The translations under genes were made by a program, and so were the position numbers. A stretch of 64,000 nucleotides of DNA, taken from Candidatus Parvarchaeota archaeon (GTDB lineage Archaea > Nanobdellota > Nanobdellia > WJKC01). Location: NCBI GenBank assembly GCA_017608505.1, contig JAFCFT010000001.1, forward strand, positions 5,833-69,832, in the 5' to 3' direction. This document shows positions 38,342 to 48,825 of this stretch, piece by piece; position 1 is the first letter of the stretch, and each line of letters begins with the position of its first letter. The notes beneath the pieces were generated by a model. That model was not told the origin of the DNA and did no database searches. It saw nothing but the letters and a program-made list of their open reading frames with translations.

Positions 38342-40747
38342 ATGAAATTTAAAGTAATGGTTAATCATGCAATACTTTTTGCGCTGCTGTTTGTTGTCTT
38401 TAGGCTTTATTTGCTAAAATTCATTTATTTGCTTGTCTTGCCTGGGTTTTGCATATTGTTGCTAACATCAAAATTTGATTTTAAAAAGACACTTTTGCTC
38501 TCTTTTCCAGCTTCTCTTGTATTGTACATTTATCCTTACTTTTTGATAACAAGGTCTTTGCTTCCAATCCCACCGTGGATTTACTTGCTTTTGCCTCTAG
38601 TGCTTGCTCTTGTTGTTTTTAAGAAAGGGTTGTTTGAATTAGAATTTAAAAATGCTATAAATTATAAAGATCTTTTTTATTCTATTTTGCCTGTTGCTAT
38701 TTTGTTAATAGTTTATTATCCATATTTTACAAGAGGGGAAGTTTCGCTTACAGCAGGGACTAACAGCCTTTTATTTCAAAAAATAAATGTTGAAAGGATT
38801 TTAAACGAGTGGAAGGTGCCAATATGGACGCAGGCAGAATATGCAGGCAGCCATTTTTATTATACATATCCCCCTTTGACTTATGTGACAACAGCGCTTC
38901 TTAATGCAATTCCAACAGAGGCTGTTAATTATACAACCAATTTGACTGTGGTCGCGCTTTATTTGTACATGTTGTTTGCTTCATACATGCTTTTTAGATC
39001 ATTAAAATTAGGAAAAAGCGCTTCAGTCCTTGGCATTTCAATAATGATGGGGGTTCCAATTTTAGTTGGCGAGCCAACTTACTCAGGAAATATTACTATG
39101 GCATACATGTTTTCTTTGTATCCTGCAGCACTTTACGGCTTTTTTAACATGTTTAAGGAAAAAAGGATAAAAGACGTGATTTTTTTATCATTTACTGTAG
39201 CGTCTTTTGTGATTGTTTATCACCACATAAGCTACTTTATGTTAATTCCTGCTTTTGTTACAGCAGGCGCATATTTTCTTGTAGGCAAGGAGAAGAAATT
39301 ACTTCTTAAAAATGCAATTGTGTTTTTTTCAGTAATTGCCGTTTTAATTGGCGCTTGGGCGCTAAGACTTATTTTTACAAGCGAGTTTGTAACAACTTCA
39401 GGAGTAGAAGGCTCGTGGAACAAGCCATTAAGCAATTTTACAGAGTTCTTAAGTTTTATTGCAGCAACTGGGAGAGAGACAGACGACTTATACAAGCAAG
39501 TAATTACATTAACTCCTCTTTTCTTTTGGCTTGGATTCGTATCTATGTTTTTGGCGCTAAGAATTGAAAACTCAAAAATAAAAATATTAAATACTGATTT
39601 GCTTCTTCTTGCTTACTTCGCATTCTTGTTTTTTTTGATTATTTGCGAGATATTTCCGTTCCACACAATGATTCCATTAAGGGACAGATTTTATCGCATC
39701 TTTAGATACTGGGAAGTTCTTGTGCCTTTGTTTGCTTTTGGCATTGGAAGGCTTTATGAGAATGCAAGCAACATGTTTGGGTACAAGCCATTGCTGTTTG
39801 GCGCATTTTTGCTGATATTTGCTCCAATGATTGCAATGTCAAAAGATAATGCGTCTAATTGGCTTGTTGAGAACGCAATTGTAACTGACAAGTTTTCAGA
39901 GCTTACGAATTTGTTGAGAAATCTTCCTGATAGGGTTGCTTTATTTGGAGGGTATGGCCCTGCAATGATTCCAGCAATACAGAATTGGAGTGGCAAGGCC
40001 ATGCTTAAGGGCTACAATTTCCAGAGGCATGCTTCTAAACTTGTTTATGAAAATTTGCTTAATCCTTTAAGCGAGGCAAGCATGGATTATATAAAAAATG
40101 ATGTAACGCCTGTAAAAGCATACAACATATTTCAAGTTTCAGGCACAAACACTTTAGTTTACTTTGCATGCGACCAAAAAGGAGCTAATGCTCTAAACTT
40201 AACAGCGTCTTATAATGGGTATGAATTAATTGCGCAAGGCAGATGCCTTGTTGTGTTGTCTTTAAGACCTAAAAGCAGTCTTGTTGAAAAAGTTAAGCTT
40301 GCATGTGTAAATGCCAGTGATGATGTCAAAGCAAAAGTTCTTGATTATGAGTTAGGATACAAAGTCATAATGCCTTATTATGAGTTAAACAAAAGCGAGT
40401 GCGCTTTTGTTGTAGACAAAGACTTTGTGCTAAAAGGGAATTATTCTATCTTTAATTACTTAAGTGAAAGCCTGGATTACAAGTTCTTAAGTGACGAATC
40501 ATTGATAATTAATGCCTCGCCAGGATGGATTTTATTTAAAGGCGCTTATTTTCCAACAATGCACGCGTACCAAGATGGAAAAGAGCTTGTTGTGTTGCCG
40601 ACTTATCATGGAATGACATTGATAAAGTCTTTAAGTGATAAACAAATATTATTGGTGCACAAACCTCATTATTCAGAAATCCTTGGATTGCTTTTATATC
40701 TTGGATTTATTGTTTTGTTATTTGCGATTCATTTACATAATAAATAA
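38342..40747 (+). CDS. GT-C-like membrane protein (YfhO/'PTPS-related' type)
   Basis: W...YAG...YTYPPL motif, FRY, many TMs, AYFP C-terminal domain, terminal TM. Confidence 0.65.
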   Translation: MKFKVMVNHAILFALLFVVFRLYLLKFIYLLVLPGFCILLLTSKFDFKKTLLLSFPASLVLYIYPYFLITRSLLPIPPWIYLLLPLVLALVVFKKGLFELEFKNAINYKDLFYSILPVAILLIVYYPYFTRGEVSLTAGTNSLLFQKINVERILNEWKVPIWTQAEYAGSHFYYTYPPLTYVTTALLNAIPTEAVNYTTNLTVVALYLYMLFASYMLFRSLKLGKSASVLGISIMMGVPILVGEPTYSGNITMAYMFSLYPAALYGFFNMFKEKRIKDVIFLSFTVASFVIVYHHISYFMLIPAFVTAGAYFLVGKEKKLLLKNAIVFFSVIAVLIGAWALRLIFTSEFVTTSGVEGSWNKPLSNFTEFLSFIAATGRETDDLYKQVITLTPLFFWLGFVSMFLALRIENSKIKILNTDLLLLAYFAFLFFLIICEIFPFHTMIPLRDRFYRIFRYWEVLVPLFAFGIGRLYENASNMFGYKPLLFGAFLLIFAPMIAMSKDNASNWLVENAIVTDKFSELTNLLRNLPDRVALFGGYGPAMIPAIQNWSGKAMLKGYNFQRHASKLVYENLLNPLSEASMDYIKNDVTPVKAYNIFQVSGTNTLVYFACDQKGANALNLTASYNGYELIAQGRCLVVLSLRPKSSLVEKVKLACVNASDDVKAKVLDYELGYKVIMPYYELNKSECAFVVDKDFVLKGNYSIFNYLSESLDYKFLSDESLIINASPGWILFKGAYFPTMHAYQDGKELVVLPTYHGMTLIKSLSDKQILLVHKPHYSEILGLLLYLGFIVLLFAIHLHNK

Positions 40748-42101
40748 TTGCTCTAGGGTTTGCTGGATTTGGATATGCTTTTATCGGCGCAAAAACTGGC
40801 TGCGACAAATTATACGCATAATCAGGATGATGCTCGTATATGCTTGCCATAACATATTTTATGCTTTTGTTTGCAATCAATTCGTAAAAGGCAGTTTCAT
40901 TCTCAGGAAAATTATATGTATTCTTTCCACTATAATATGTAATTTGCGGCTGGCTTGCAGAAATAATGTTTTCTGCAGGTAGTTGGGACAAGTATTCTCC
41001 TGCAAGTTTCACATCTTCGTATGAGCCTGCAGATAATTGCACTCTTTGATAGCCATTAATTGAATTCTCAAGCACTATGAGTATTGATAAGCTTACTAAG
41101 AATATTGTTAAGTGCTTTTTTGAGAAGACATTGCATATTAAGGCTATTCCAATAACGCTTGTAACACTTAAGAAAGGCAACAAGTGAATTAAAAATCTAA
41201 ATTCTTTTACTTGCGTTATTAATGAATAAAATGATAAGAATACTGTTAAATTAAGAAGCACAAATAAATTATTCTTTTTGTTTGCTTTAAGTACGAGCCC
41301 AAGCAAGCCAAGCCATATTGTCAGCCCCATTATTATGCCGTAATTGAAAAACATTGTTGTTATGTAATACAAAGGACCTCCTTGCTGGGCTCCGCCACTT
41401 GATTCTAAGTTGAATTTTAGGAATTCTAATGCAGAATGTAGTGGGTTTCCATACATAACTAATTCATAGACGCCCAGTATTGAAAATCCTAAAATAAATC
41501 CTAAAAGCCAGAAGTAATTTTTGTATTTAAAGTTCTTTGTTAGAAGCAAGTATGCAAAATATACAAGGATAAGCACCCCGCTTGTGAATCTGATATCAAA
41601 TGCGATTCCTAAAAGCAAGCCAGATAATAAATTCTGTTTGAAATCTTTATTTATGCTTTTTATGAAATAATATGAACTTGTTGCCAGGAAAAATGCTGAT
41701 GGGATGCCCAGCAATATTCTAAAAGAGTAAAAGAAAAAAACCCATTGCGCGCTTGTTATTAGCGCTGCTGCAAGCGCATATCTTTCGCTGTATAATAGCC
41801 TTATTAATTTGTATGTCATGAAGATAAAGCCTAGTGAAAATAAGACGTTAATAATCCTTACCCATAACTCATTAAAACCTATTGGAAAGCTTAAGGCTGC
41901 TAAAAGCAATGGATAAAATATGCTTCTGCCTTCCCACCACCCTGTTGTTGGCGAGCCGGTAAGCAAGTGCTTTGTCATCAATAAATACTGTGTTTCATCC
42001 CACCAAGCAGCTTTGTTTACATTTATTAGGGCAAATCTTGGAATTGCTGCAAAGATAAGTATTAGTCCTATCCAGAAGTATTTGTGGTCTGTTATGCTCA
42101 T
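40707..42101 (-). CDS. GT-C glycosyltransferase (ArnT/GT39-GT83-like)
   Basis: Likely start MSITDHKY (ATGA overlap with aglH stop). WWDETQY, R.IFYP, KEFRF. Confidence 0.82.
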   Translation of the reverse strand: MSITDHKYFWIGLILIFAAIPRFALINVNKAAWWDETQYLLMTKHLLTGSPTTGWWEGRSIFYPLLLAALSFPIGFNELWVRIINVLFSLGFIFMTYKLIRLLYSERYALAAALITSAQWVFFFYSFRILLGIPSAFFLATSSYYFIKSINKDFKQNLLSGLLLGIAFDIRFTSGVLILVYFAYLLLTKNFKYKNYFWLLGFILGFSILGVYELVMYGNPLHSALEFLKFNLESSGGAQQGGPLYYITTMFFNYGIIMGLTIWLGLLGLVLKANKKNNLFVLLNLTVFLSFYSLITQVKEFRFLIHLLPFLSVTSVIGIALICNVFSKKHLTIFLVSLSILIVLENSINGYQRVQLSAGSYEDVKLAGEYLSQLPAENIISASQPQITYYSGKNTYNFPENETAFYELIANKSIKYVMASIYEHHPDYAYNLSQPVFAPIKAYPNPANPRAIIYYVNESQITKQ

Positions 42102-43189
42102 ACAAACACCCTTGATATTACAAATGCAAGCATGCAAAATATGCTTACAATAATTATCATGAATAAAGTTATGTACTTTTCTTTTTTGACAAGCCTCATG
42201 GCAATGTGCGTCCATGAATATGTTTTCTTGTATTTTGGTTTTAATGTTCCGTCTGGCTGCAGTATTCCTAGACTTGATGCTTGGAATTTCATTTTTGCTT
42301 TTAATGCGAATTCAACAAACCATGGGATAAACGCAATTGCTGCAAATTTTTCAATATTGCCTATTATTATGCTTGCAGCAAATGTCGAGCCAATTAGGTA
42401 TGTTAAAGAATCCCCTGGCAAGTATTTTGCAGGGTGCTTATTATAATATAAAAATCCTAATAAAGCGCCGGCCATGATTAGGGCAATTATTGCTCCTTCA
42501 ACATTGCCGTATAATAGTGCATACGCGCCTGTGCTGCCAAGCAAGACTGCTCCGATTCCAGCTTCCAAGCCGTTCATTCCTGCAAGCATGTTTGTTGCGT
42601 TAGAACAGAATATGATTATTAAGGGGACTATTAAGAGCGGATAAAGCAGTCCGAAGTTCACTTCGCCAAGAAATGGAATGCTTACTGTGGATGTGCCTGC
42701 ATTTACAACCATTAATGGAAAAACAGCAAGAGCAGACAAGAGCAATTTCTCCCCTTGCCTAAGCCCTATGCGCGTATCGAGTTCTCCTTTGTGTGTTTTT
42801 TGTTCAGGCAGTATTATGATATCATCAAACAATCCTGTAAGCAAAGTCATGAGCAAAATTGTTGTAACGCCTGCATATATAAGCGTTAGATTTGTGGGAG
42901 CCCCAGAAATAAATGTTGTATATGCTATGTATATTGACACGCCGAGCATGAAGCCGATCACTACAGGGATTCCTCCTGATGTTGCCATTTTTGGCTTGTT
43001 CTTTTTTTGCACATCCATTGCAACTAAGCCTATTAATTCAAATTTCTTTTTGGCAAAATTAGTCATGAATAAAGTGAATATGAGCGCCATGTATGCGCTT
43101 CCAAGTATAGACCCATATTTTCCTATTAGAATGAAAATTACAGCGCAGATAATTCCTGCAATAATAATTAATTTTAATTTGCCACTCAT
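42098..43189 (-). CDS. aglH: UDP-GlcNAc:dolichol-phosphate GlcNAc-1-phosphate transferase (AglH/GPT, MraY superfamily)
   Basis: DVQK...GG, GLFDD, NATNMLAGMNGLE, YN..PAK.LPGD. Confidence 0.92.
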   Translation of the reverse strand: MSGKLKLIIIAGIICAVIFILIGKYGSILGSAYMALIFTLFMTNFAKKKFELIGLVAMDVQKKNKPKMATSGGIPVVIGFMLGVSIYIAYTTFISGAPTNLTLIYAGVTTILLMTLLTGLFDDIIILPEQKTHKGELDTRIGLRQGEKLLLSALAVFPLMVVNAGTSTVSIPFLGEVNFGLLYPLLIVPLIIIFCSNATNMLAGMNGLEAGIGAVLLGSTGAYALLYGNVEGAIIALIMAGALLGFLYYNKHPAKYLPGDSLTYLIGSTFAASIIIGNIEKFAAIAFIPWFVEFALKAKMKFQASSLGILQPDGTLKPKYKKTYSWTHIAMRLVKKEKYITLFMIIIVSIFCMLAFVISRVFV

Positions 43190-43217
43190 TCATTAACTTT
43201 AAAGAAGACATTATTTT

Positions 43218-45869
43218 TTAAGCATTTGGGCTTGCATTGCTTAGTTCGCGGGCGCTTGCAGCTTCAAGTTCTTCATAATTGATTTTGTATATTTTAATAT
43301 CTGTTGGGTCGAATTGACTGACTGTTGCAGTTATGCTTAATGGAGTTGTGTTGTCATCATACACTAGTTCAAAACCAGGCACTGTCAAGTTAAGAATATA
43401 AAGTTTTGTCATAAGTCTTTCACGAAGATTCGAAGGAATATGTATAATTCCTTGCTGCACAAAATTGTAGCATGCTGGAATGCCGTCGCTGCTTACGTCA
43501 GTGCAGCCTATGTTTGTCTCGCACTTGCAGTTATATATCATTATGTGCTGTTCATTAAGTTTTGCATTGTATATTGCTGCAAGCACAGGCCCGAATTCTT
43601 GATTGTCGCTAAACGGGACTAGTATGTTCACTATGTACGTGTCGCTGTCTGCTAATACTTTGTTGTTTGGAAGTATCATGTCTGTGCCTATTTTGCCGTA
43701 TCCTGTGACAGGGGCAAATATAAGCAATGTTGAATAATTTTCAGGCATGTATATGCTGTTTTTTGTTTGTCCCTGATAAGTGTAGACAGAATAATATCCT
43801 GGCCTTCCTCCTATATTTGCCATTTGCACATACTTTAGTACATCATCATCTACTATCAGGAAATAATCAGGTCTTTTCACCCCTTGAGTCGTATTTTTGG
43901 CAAACTGATTAAGCGACCACAAGATTTCTGTTGAATTGTATCCGCTGAATAAATAACCTCCTATTATCTCATCCCATTTGACTATGTAGTTTCCTCCGTC
44001 AACTGTTGTAGTTCTGTTGCCGACTGTCTGCACCCAGTATCCGTAGTCCCACCAGTGCGTGAACACTGCATCGCTTGCAGTATTGTTTTGTACCCAATCC
44101 ATTGCTTTTTGCCAGTCATCTGTAAAGCTAGGATAATACTTGTCTGCGCCTTGAAGTATTGTCATAAATGCCCAGGAGCCAACAAGTATCACTATTAAAT
44201 ACATTGAATATGCATATACTTTGTCTTTTAAAATGCGCTCGATTAGCTCTTTTGATCTTGTTACGCAGTATGCTGAAAGCACTAAAGCGACTGGCGTTAA
44301 TGCAAAAAGAACTCTTATTGCCCCTCTTGCGCCTATAATGCTTAATGAAAACCATGCAATTAAAAGCATGTTTGCAGGGCTTATTGTGTTCCACTTTTTA
44401 GACGCACTACTTTTTATGTAATCAAGCGCAAGAACAATCAAATACAATGGAAGAAAGTAAATATATATTGCACCAAGAAATGCATTGAGCGTGTTGTATT
44501 TTGGGTCAGTGGAATATTTGGAAAACATGAACATTAAAATAAATCCTGCAAATCCAAGGATTTGAGGAATTGCTTTATACTTGAATTTTTCTAAAGTCTT
44601 TTGATAATATAAAATACTTCCTATGACAAATAATGGTATAAACCATGAAAGCCTGTGCCACCAGTCTACGCCTCGCTGGGGGTCAAAAAAGTATGGGGCT
44701 TGATTTTCGCTGACAGAAACGCAAAAAGGGCAGGTGCCAAATGGAAATAATATTGTTTCATAAGCGCTTTTTAGCTGTTCAGTAATGCTAAATATGCCTG
44801 TTATTTCTGCAATGATGAGCAAAGGTATTGACACTATTACTAAAAACACAAGAAAATGCGTTGGCTTTTTTGATTTAAAGAATGCATCATGAAATATTCT
44901 TAATGATATTATTATCATAGCAATAAATGCGCTTACAAATATTTGATGCTCGTATAATTTAAAACCGCCGTAGCGCAGTGTAAGCGTTGCATTCATTAAT
45001 AATGTGGGAATTGCCCACAAGAAAAATGAGAGCGCATATTTTTTGTTTAGTCTGTTTATTAACGTAAGACCTATAAACGTTAATGCAACGCTGTGAAACA
45101 AGAAATTAGCTCCGCCCCATGTTAGCGCATTAAGTCCTCCTAAGACGCCTGAGAGCGCACCCCATGTTAATACGCCTTTTGTATTTTTTGCTTTAAGAGA
45201 TTTTAGCAATGCCCATGTCATTGAAAACCAAAAGACCATTGCCAGAGCTTCTTTGTCGCCAAATCCTGCTATTGTTCTAAATAAATAGCTTGGTGCGAAT
45301 GCCAAAAATAATGATGCAATGAGCGCAGTCTGTTTGTTTGTAAATTCTTTTGCCATAAGGTAATAAAAAATCATTCCAATTGCAAATGCTATCACAGGAT
45401 ATATTATTGCAGCATTAACTACTTTAAAACCAGGAACTAAAGGGCTTATTATGAAATATATTAACGCAATGAAATATGTGTGCGCTTGCTGTTCTTGAAA
45501 TGTCTTAAAGCCAAGCGGGAAATATCTCATTTCGTCAATTTCTGGCAAATAGCCATGCTGCACTAAGTATTTTGCATATCTATAAAATACGTAAGGGTCA
45601 AGCCCTAAAGGCCTGTCTTTGTAATTAGGTATGCTAAGCGTTCTTATCCATGATGATACAAGTATTATAGATATGAGTCCTATGTAAAAAAGCATTTTTT
45701 TATTTTCTTTTAAAAAAGAAACAACAGCTTGAAAATCAATTTCTTCTTCAAAGCCTTGGCTTCGCTCTTCAGACTTTTTTAAAGGCTTTTTTTCGGTTTT
45801 TTTAAACTTTTTCTTGATGCCTTTCCAGATGTTGCTTAAGTCAATTTCGTCAAATTCTTCTTCACTCAT
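43218..45869 (-). CDS. aglB: oligosaccharyltransferase AglB/STT3 (long form)
   Basis: LDPY, RTIAGFGDKE, SVSE, WWDYGYW, DGGN. Confidence 0.95.
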   Translation of the reverse strand: MSEEEFDEIDLSNIWKGIKKKFKKTEKKPLKKSEERSQGFEEEIDFQAVVSFLKENKKMLFYIGLISIILVSSWIRTLSIPNYKDRPLGLDPYVFYRYAKYLVQHGYLPEIDEMRYFPLGFKTFQEQQAHTYFIALIYFIISPLVPGFKVVNAAIIYPVIAFAIGMIFYYLMAKEFTNKQTALIASLFLAFAPSYLFRTIAGFGDKEALAMVFWFSMTWALLKSLKAKNTKGVLTWGALSGVLGGLNALTWGGANFLFHSVALTFIGLTLINRLNKKYALSFFLWAIPTLLMNATLTLRYGGFKLYEHQIFVSAFIAMIIISLRIFHDAFFKSKKPTHFLVFLVIVSIPLLIIAEITGIFSITEQLKSAYETILFPFGTCPFCVSVSENQAPYFFDPQRGVDWWHRLSWFIPLFVIGSILYYQKTLEKFKYKAIPQILGFAGFILMFMFSKYSTDPKYNTLNAFLGAIYIYFLPLYLIVLALDYIKSSASKKWNTISPANMLLIAWFSLSIIGARGAIRVLFALTPVALVLSAYCVTRSKELIERILKDKVYAYSMYLIVILVGSWAFMTILQGADKYYPSFTDDWQKAMDWVQNNTASDAVFTHWWDYGYWVQTVGNRTTTVDGGNYIVKWDEIIGGYLFSGYNSTEILWSLNQFAKNTTQGVKRPDYFLIVDDDVLKYVQMANIGGRPGYYSVYTYQGQTKNSIYMPENYSTLLIFAPVTGYGKIGTDMILPNNKVLADSDTYIVNILVPFSDNQEFGPVLAAIYNAKLNEQHIMIYNCKCETNIGCTDVSSDGIPACYNFVQQGIIHIPSNLRERLMTKLYILNLTVPGFELVYDDNTTPLSITATVSQFDPTDIKIYKINYEELEAASARELSNASPNA

Positions 45870-45870
45870 T

Positions 45871-46680
45871 TTACATGCCCATTGAAATGTATGTTTCTAT
45901 TATTGCTCCGGCAATTATTAATACGCTTGCAAGCAATATTAAATCTAATGAATCAAGCAAGACTTCTTTAAATTTTTTGCCCCTCCTAATTATGCCTGCA
46001 CTTATTATACCCCCCGCAATTCCTGCAAGAAAATATGCAGTTATTTCTAAAATTCCGTGGAGCATGTACCTTCCAAATCCAAGAGGGACCACGCCAAAAT
46101 AAGACCACACATCAGACAAATTAACCTTTATTGCATTTCCAATCGCAGTGCCTAAGACGCTTGCGTTCCATGTTAGTATGAAAAGCGCGCCAGAGCCGTA
46201 TATGAGGCTGAAAAGCAGGCAGAATGCCATGACTTTAAAATTGTTTAAAATTATCATTCTCAATAAAGAAGGGTTTGTTGCCCTTCCTTGAACATTGCTG
46301 CTTATTGCCTTGATTGTTTTTATTTGCTCATTAAAAACAGCGCTTGCAAGGCTGTCTGGAAGCAGCACATACCATGTTACATAAGCAAGCATCATTCCTA
46401 AGAAGAGAAAGAAAAAAATTCCCAGTATGTCTTTGTGTTCTCCCACAAGCCATGCTTTTTCTTTTATTTTTAAGTCTTCTTCAGCTTCTTTTTTAAGCGA
46501 ATTTACAATTAATGGAAGCCCTGCCATTGTTGTTAAAAACACCATTGTAAGACCTGTGTTGCTTGGAAATATCCACAGTCCTAAAAGCAGGCCTACTGAC
46601 GCGTAGATAAAGCCCAAGACTGCCATGAATTGCGGTTTTTTCCCTGCTTTTATAGGATTTATGAGCGATTCAAGAACCAT
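45871..46680 (-). CDS. SpoIIM-family membrane protein
   Basis: ILNNFKV, WNASVLG, HGILE, A..IE motifs. Confidence 0.85.
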   Translation of the reverse strand: MVLESLINPIKAGKKPQFMAVLGFIYASVGLLLGLWIFPSNTGLTMVFLTTMAGLPLIVNSLKKEAEEDLKIKEKAWLVGEHKDILGIFFFLFLGMMLAYVTWYVLLPDSLASAVFNEQIKTIKAISSNVQGRATNPSLLRMIILNNFKVMAFCLLFSLIYGSGALFILTWNASVLGTAIGNAIKVNLSDVWSYFGVVPLGFGRYMLHGILEITAYFLAGIAGGIISAGIIRRGKKFKEVLLDSLDLILLASVLIIAGAIIETYISMGM

Positions 46681-47719
46681 TTTTCACCCACAACCTTCTG
46701 CTTTTCCCTTGAAAGCCCTCGCCTGTCTGTTCTGCAATTATTATGCCAAGTTTTTCAAGAGATTTTACATATCTTCTAAAGCTTCGCATGCTTAATTTTC
46801 CTCCGTTTTCTAAATAAACTTCATATATTTTTCCTGAGACTGCTCCATTGTTTTCTTTAATTGCATCGTAAACTTTTTTTTCTTCATCACTTAGTTCAAG
46901 CATCACTTTGTCTTTTAATTTGCTCATTGCTTCTTCAACATGTTTTTTAAGAATTTTTTTGCTCGCATCTTTTTCAGCTAAACGCGCTGTTTCTATTAAA
47001 AGCGCCATCCCTTTTCTTACGTCGCTTCCTGCTCCGGACGCAATCATTTTTATCATTTCGCTGTCAATAACTCCTGGACGCAAAGCCATTTTTGCGCGCC
47101 TGCTTAGTATTTCATACATTTCTTTTTCTGTGTAATCCTTGAATTCTAAATTTCTTAAATTAAGTCTTGATGCAAGTCTTGGTTCGATATATTCTTTCCA
47201 TTCAGCATGATTTGTTATTAAAATCAAGCCTGCATTGCTAAGCTCATTAATAAGAAGATATAAAATGTCTGCATCTTTTAGTCTGTCTACTTCATCTAGA
47301 CATATGACTAGCCCTTTTTTTTCTTTTAATTTTGCAAGTGCGCTTTTTACAATTTCTTCTGTAGGCACGCCCTTTGGTGGGTACAGAAGACCTGCTATAC
47401 GCGCAAGTTCAAGCGCTATTGTATGTGTTGTCTGATTATTCCAACAATTAATATATATCGGGATTATATCCCCTCCAGTTTTTCTTAGTTCGTTAAATAC
47501 AAAATTAACGCTTGCAGTTTTTCCAACTCCTGGATTTCCAAATATAAACAAATTTCCTGCCTTGCGTTCGCTAAACAGTGGTTTTATTGATTCTGCTATT
47601 TCGGTTATTTCAGCATCTCTTTCAGGCATTTCTTCTGGCACATAATCATAATCCAAAAGAGACTCGTCAGCAAACAATGTCTCGTCATGCATAAGTATGT
47701 CAGAGAACAGATCCCTCAT
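46670..47719 (-). CDS. cdc6: Cdc6/Orc1-type replication initiation ATPase
   Basis: LDYDYVP...R, Walker A GNPGVGKT, YINCW, Walker B LDEVD, SRL, DVR, C-terminal winged helix. Confidence 0.93.
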   Translation of the reverse strand: MRDLFSDILMHDETLFADESLLDYDYVPEEMPERDAEITEIAESIKPLFSERKAGNLFIFGNPGVGKTASVNFVFNELRKTGGDIIPIYINCWNNQTTHTIALELARIAGLLYPPKGVPTEEIVKSALAKLKEKKGLVICLDEVDRLKDADILYLLINELSNAGLILITNHAEWKEYIEPRLASRLNLRNLEFKDYTEKEMYEILSRRAKMALRPGVIDSEMIKMIASGAGSDVRKGMALLIETARLAEKDASKKILKKHVEEAMSKLKDKVMLELSDEEKKVYDAIKENNGAVSGKIYEVYLENGGKLSMRSFRRYVKSLEKLGIIIAEQTGEGFQGKSRRLWVKNGS

Positions 47720-47802
47720 GTTTTTACCGGACGCGCTAGTGCTTATTAAAGTTTCCTGTATTTCGTAAAATTATTATCTTACTTTGTCTCTTTAATTCAT
47801 TA

Positions 47803-48825
47803 ATGGGCGTGAATCTTAGAAGTCTTGTGACTCCTGTTGAAATTAATTTAGAAGACTTAAAAGGAAAATCCATTGGAGTGGACGCCTTTAATTGGATTTA
47901 CCAATTCATTTCAACAATTCGCCAGCCTGACGGCTCGCCTTTAAGCGACAAAAAAGGCAGAATCACAAGCCACTTAATAGGGCTTTTTTATCGCATGTCT
48001 AACTTGCTTATGCTTGGCATTAAGCCTTGTTTTGTTTTTGACGGCGCTCCCCCTGATTTTAAAGCCGTAACTTCTGAAAGAAAAATTCGCAGGGAAGAAG
48101 CAAAAATCAAATATGAAGAGGCCCTAAAAGAAGCAGATTTTGAAAAAGCGCGCTCTTTGGCAGGCCAAGCAGCTCAGCTGACTGAAGAGATGATTTCTGA
48201 AAGCAAAGAGTTGCTTAAAGCATTAGGCCTCCCTGTCATACAGGCGCCTTCAGAAGGAGAAGCCCAAATCGCATACATGACAAAAGCAGGAGACTTTTAT
48301 GCGTCTGCAAGCCAGGATTTTGACACTCTTCTTTTTGGAAGCCCTCTTCTTATTAGAAACATAAATATTAGTGGCAGGAAAAAACTTCCAGGAAAAAACA
48401 TATGGGTGAATGTCAAGCCAGAACTTATTAAATTAGAGAACGTATTGGGCGAATTAGGGCTCTCGCGCAAGCAATTAGTAATTCTCGGCGTGTTGGTCGG
48501 CACAGATTATAATCCTGGCGGTGTTAAAGGCGTAGGTCCAAAAACTGCCCTAAAGCTTGTAAAAGAGCATAAAGACGAATCTGTGTTCAAGCATGTTGAA
48601 TGGGGCTTTGACATTGAGCCAAAGCAAATAATTGATTTCTTTTTAAATCCGCCTGTGCTAAAAGACTACAAGCTTGCTTGGCATTCAGTTGATGAAGATT
48701 TAGTCCGGGAGATTCTTATAAAAGAACATGATTTTTCTTCTGAAAGGGTGGAAAACACTTTAAAGAAAATTAAAAAAGCTTCAAGCGCCATGGGCCAGCA
48801 AGACTTGGCAAAGTGGTTTAAATGA
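47803..48825 (+). CDS. fen: flap endonuclease 1
   Basis: MGV, DAFNWIYQF, TSHL, APSEGEAQ, SQDFD, GTDYNPGG, C-terminal PIP box QQDLAKWF. Confidence 0.98.
   Translation: MGVNLRSLVTPVEINLEDLKGKSIGVDAFNWIYQFISTIRQPDGSPLSDKKGRITSHLIGLFYRMSNLLMLGIKPCFVFDGAPPDFKAVTSERKIRREEAKIKYEEALKEADFEKARSLAGQAAQLTEEMISESKELLKALGLPVIQAPSEGEAQIAYMTKAGDFYASASQDFDTLLFGSPLLIRNINISGRKKLPGKNIWVNVKPELIKLENVLGELGLSRKQLVILGVLVGTDYNPGGVKGVGPKTALKLVKEHKDESVFKHVEWGFDIEPKQIIDFFLNPPVLKDYKLAWHSVDEDLVREILIKEHDFSSERVENTLKKIKKASSAMGQQDLAKWFK

Noticed and set aside
47720..47802. Replication origin next to cdc6
   Set aside because: Only 83 bp of divergent promoter; no ORB repeats with G-strings and no extended unwinding element seen.
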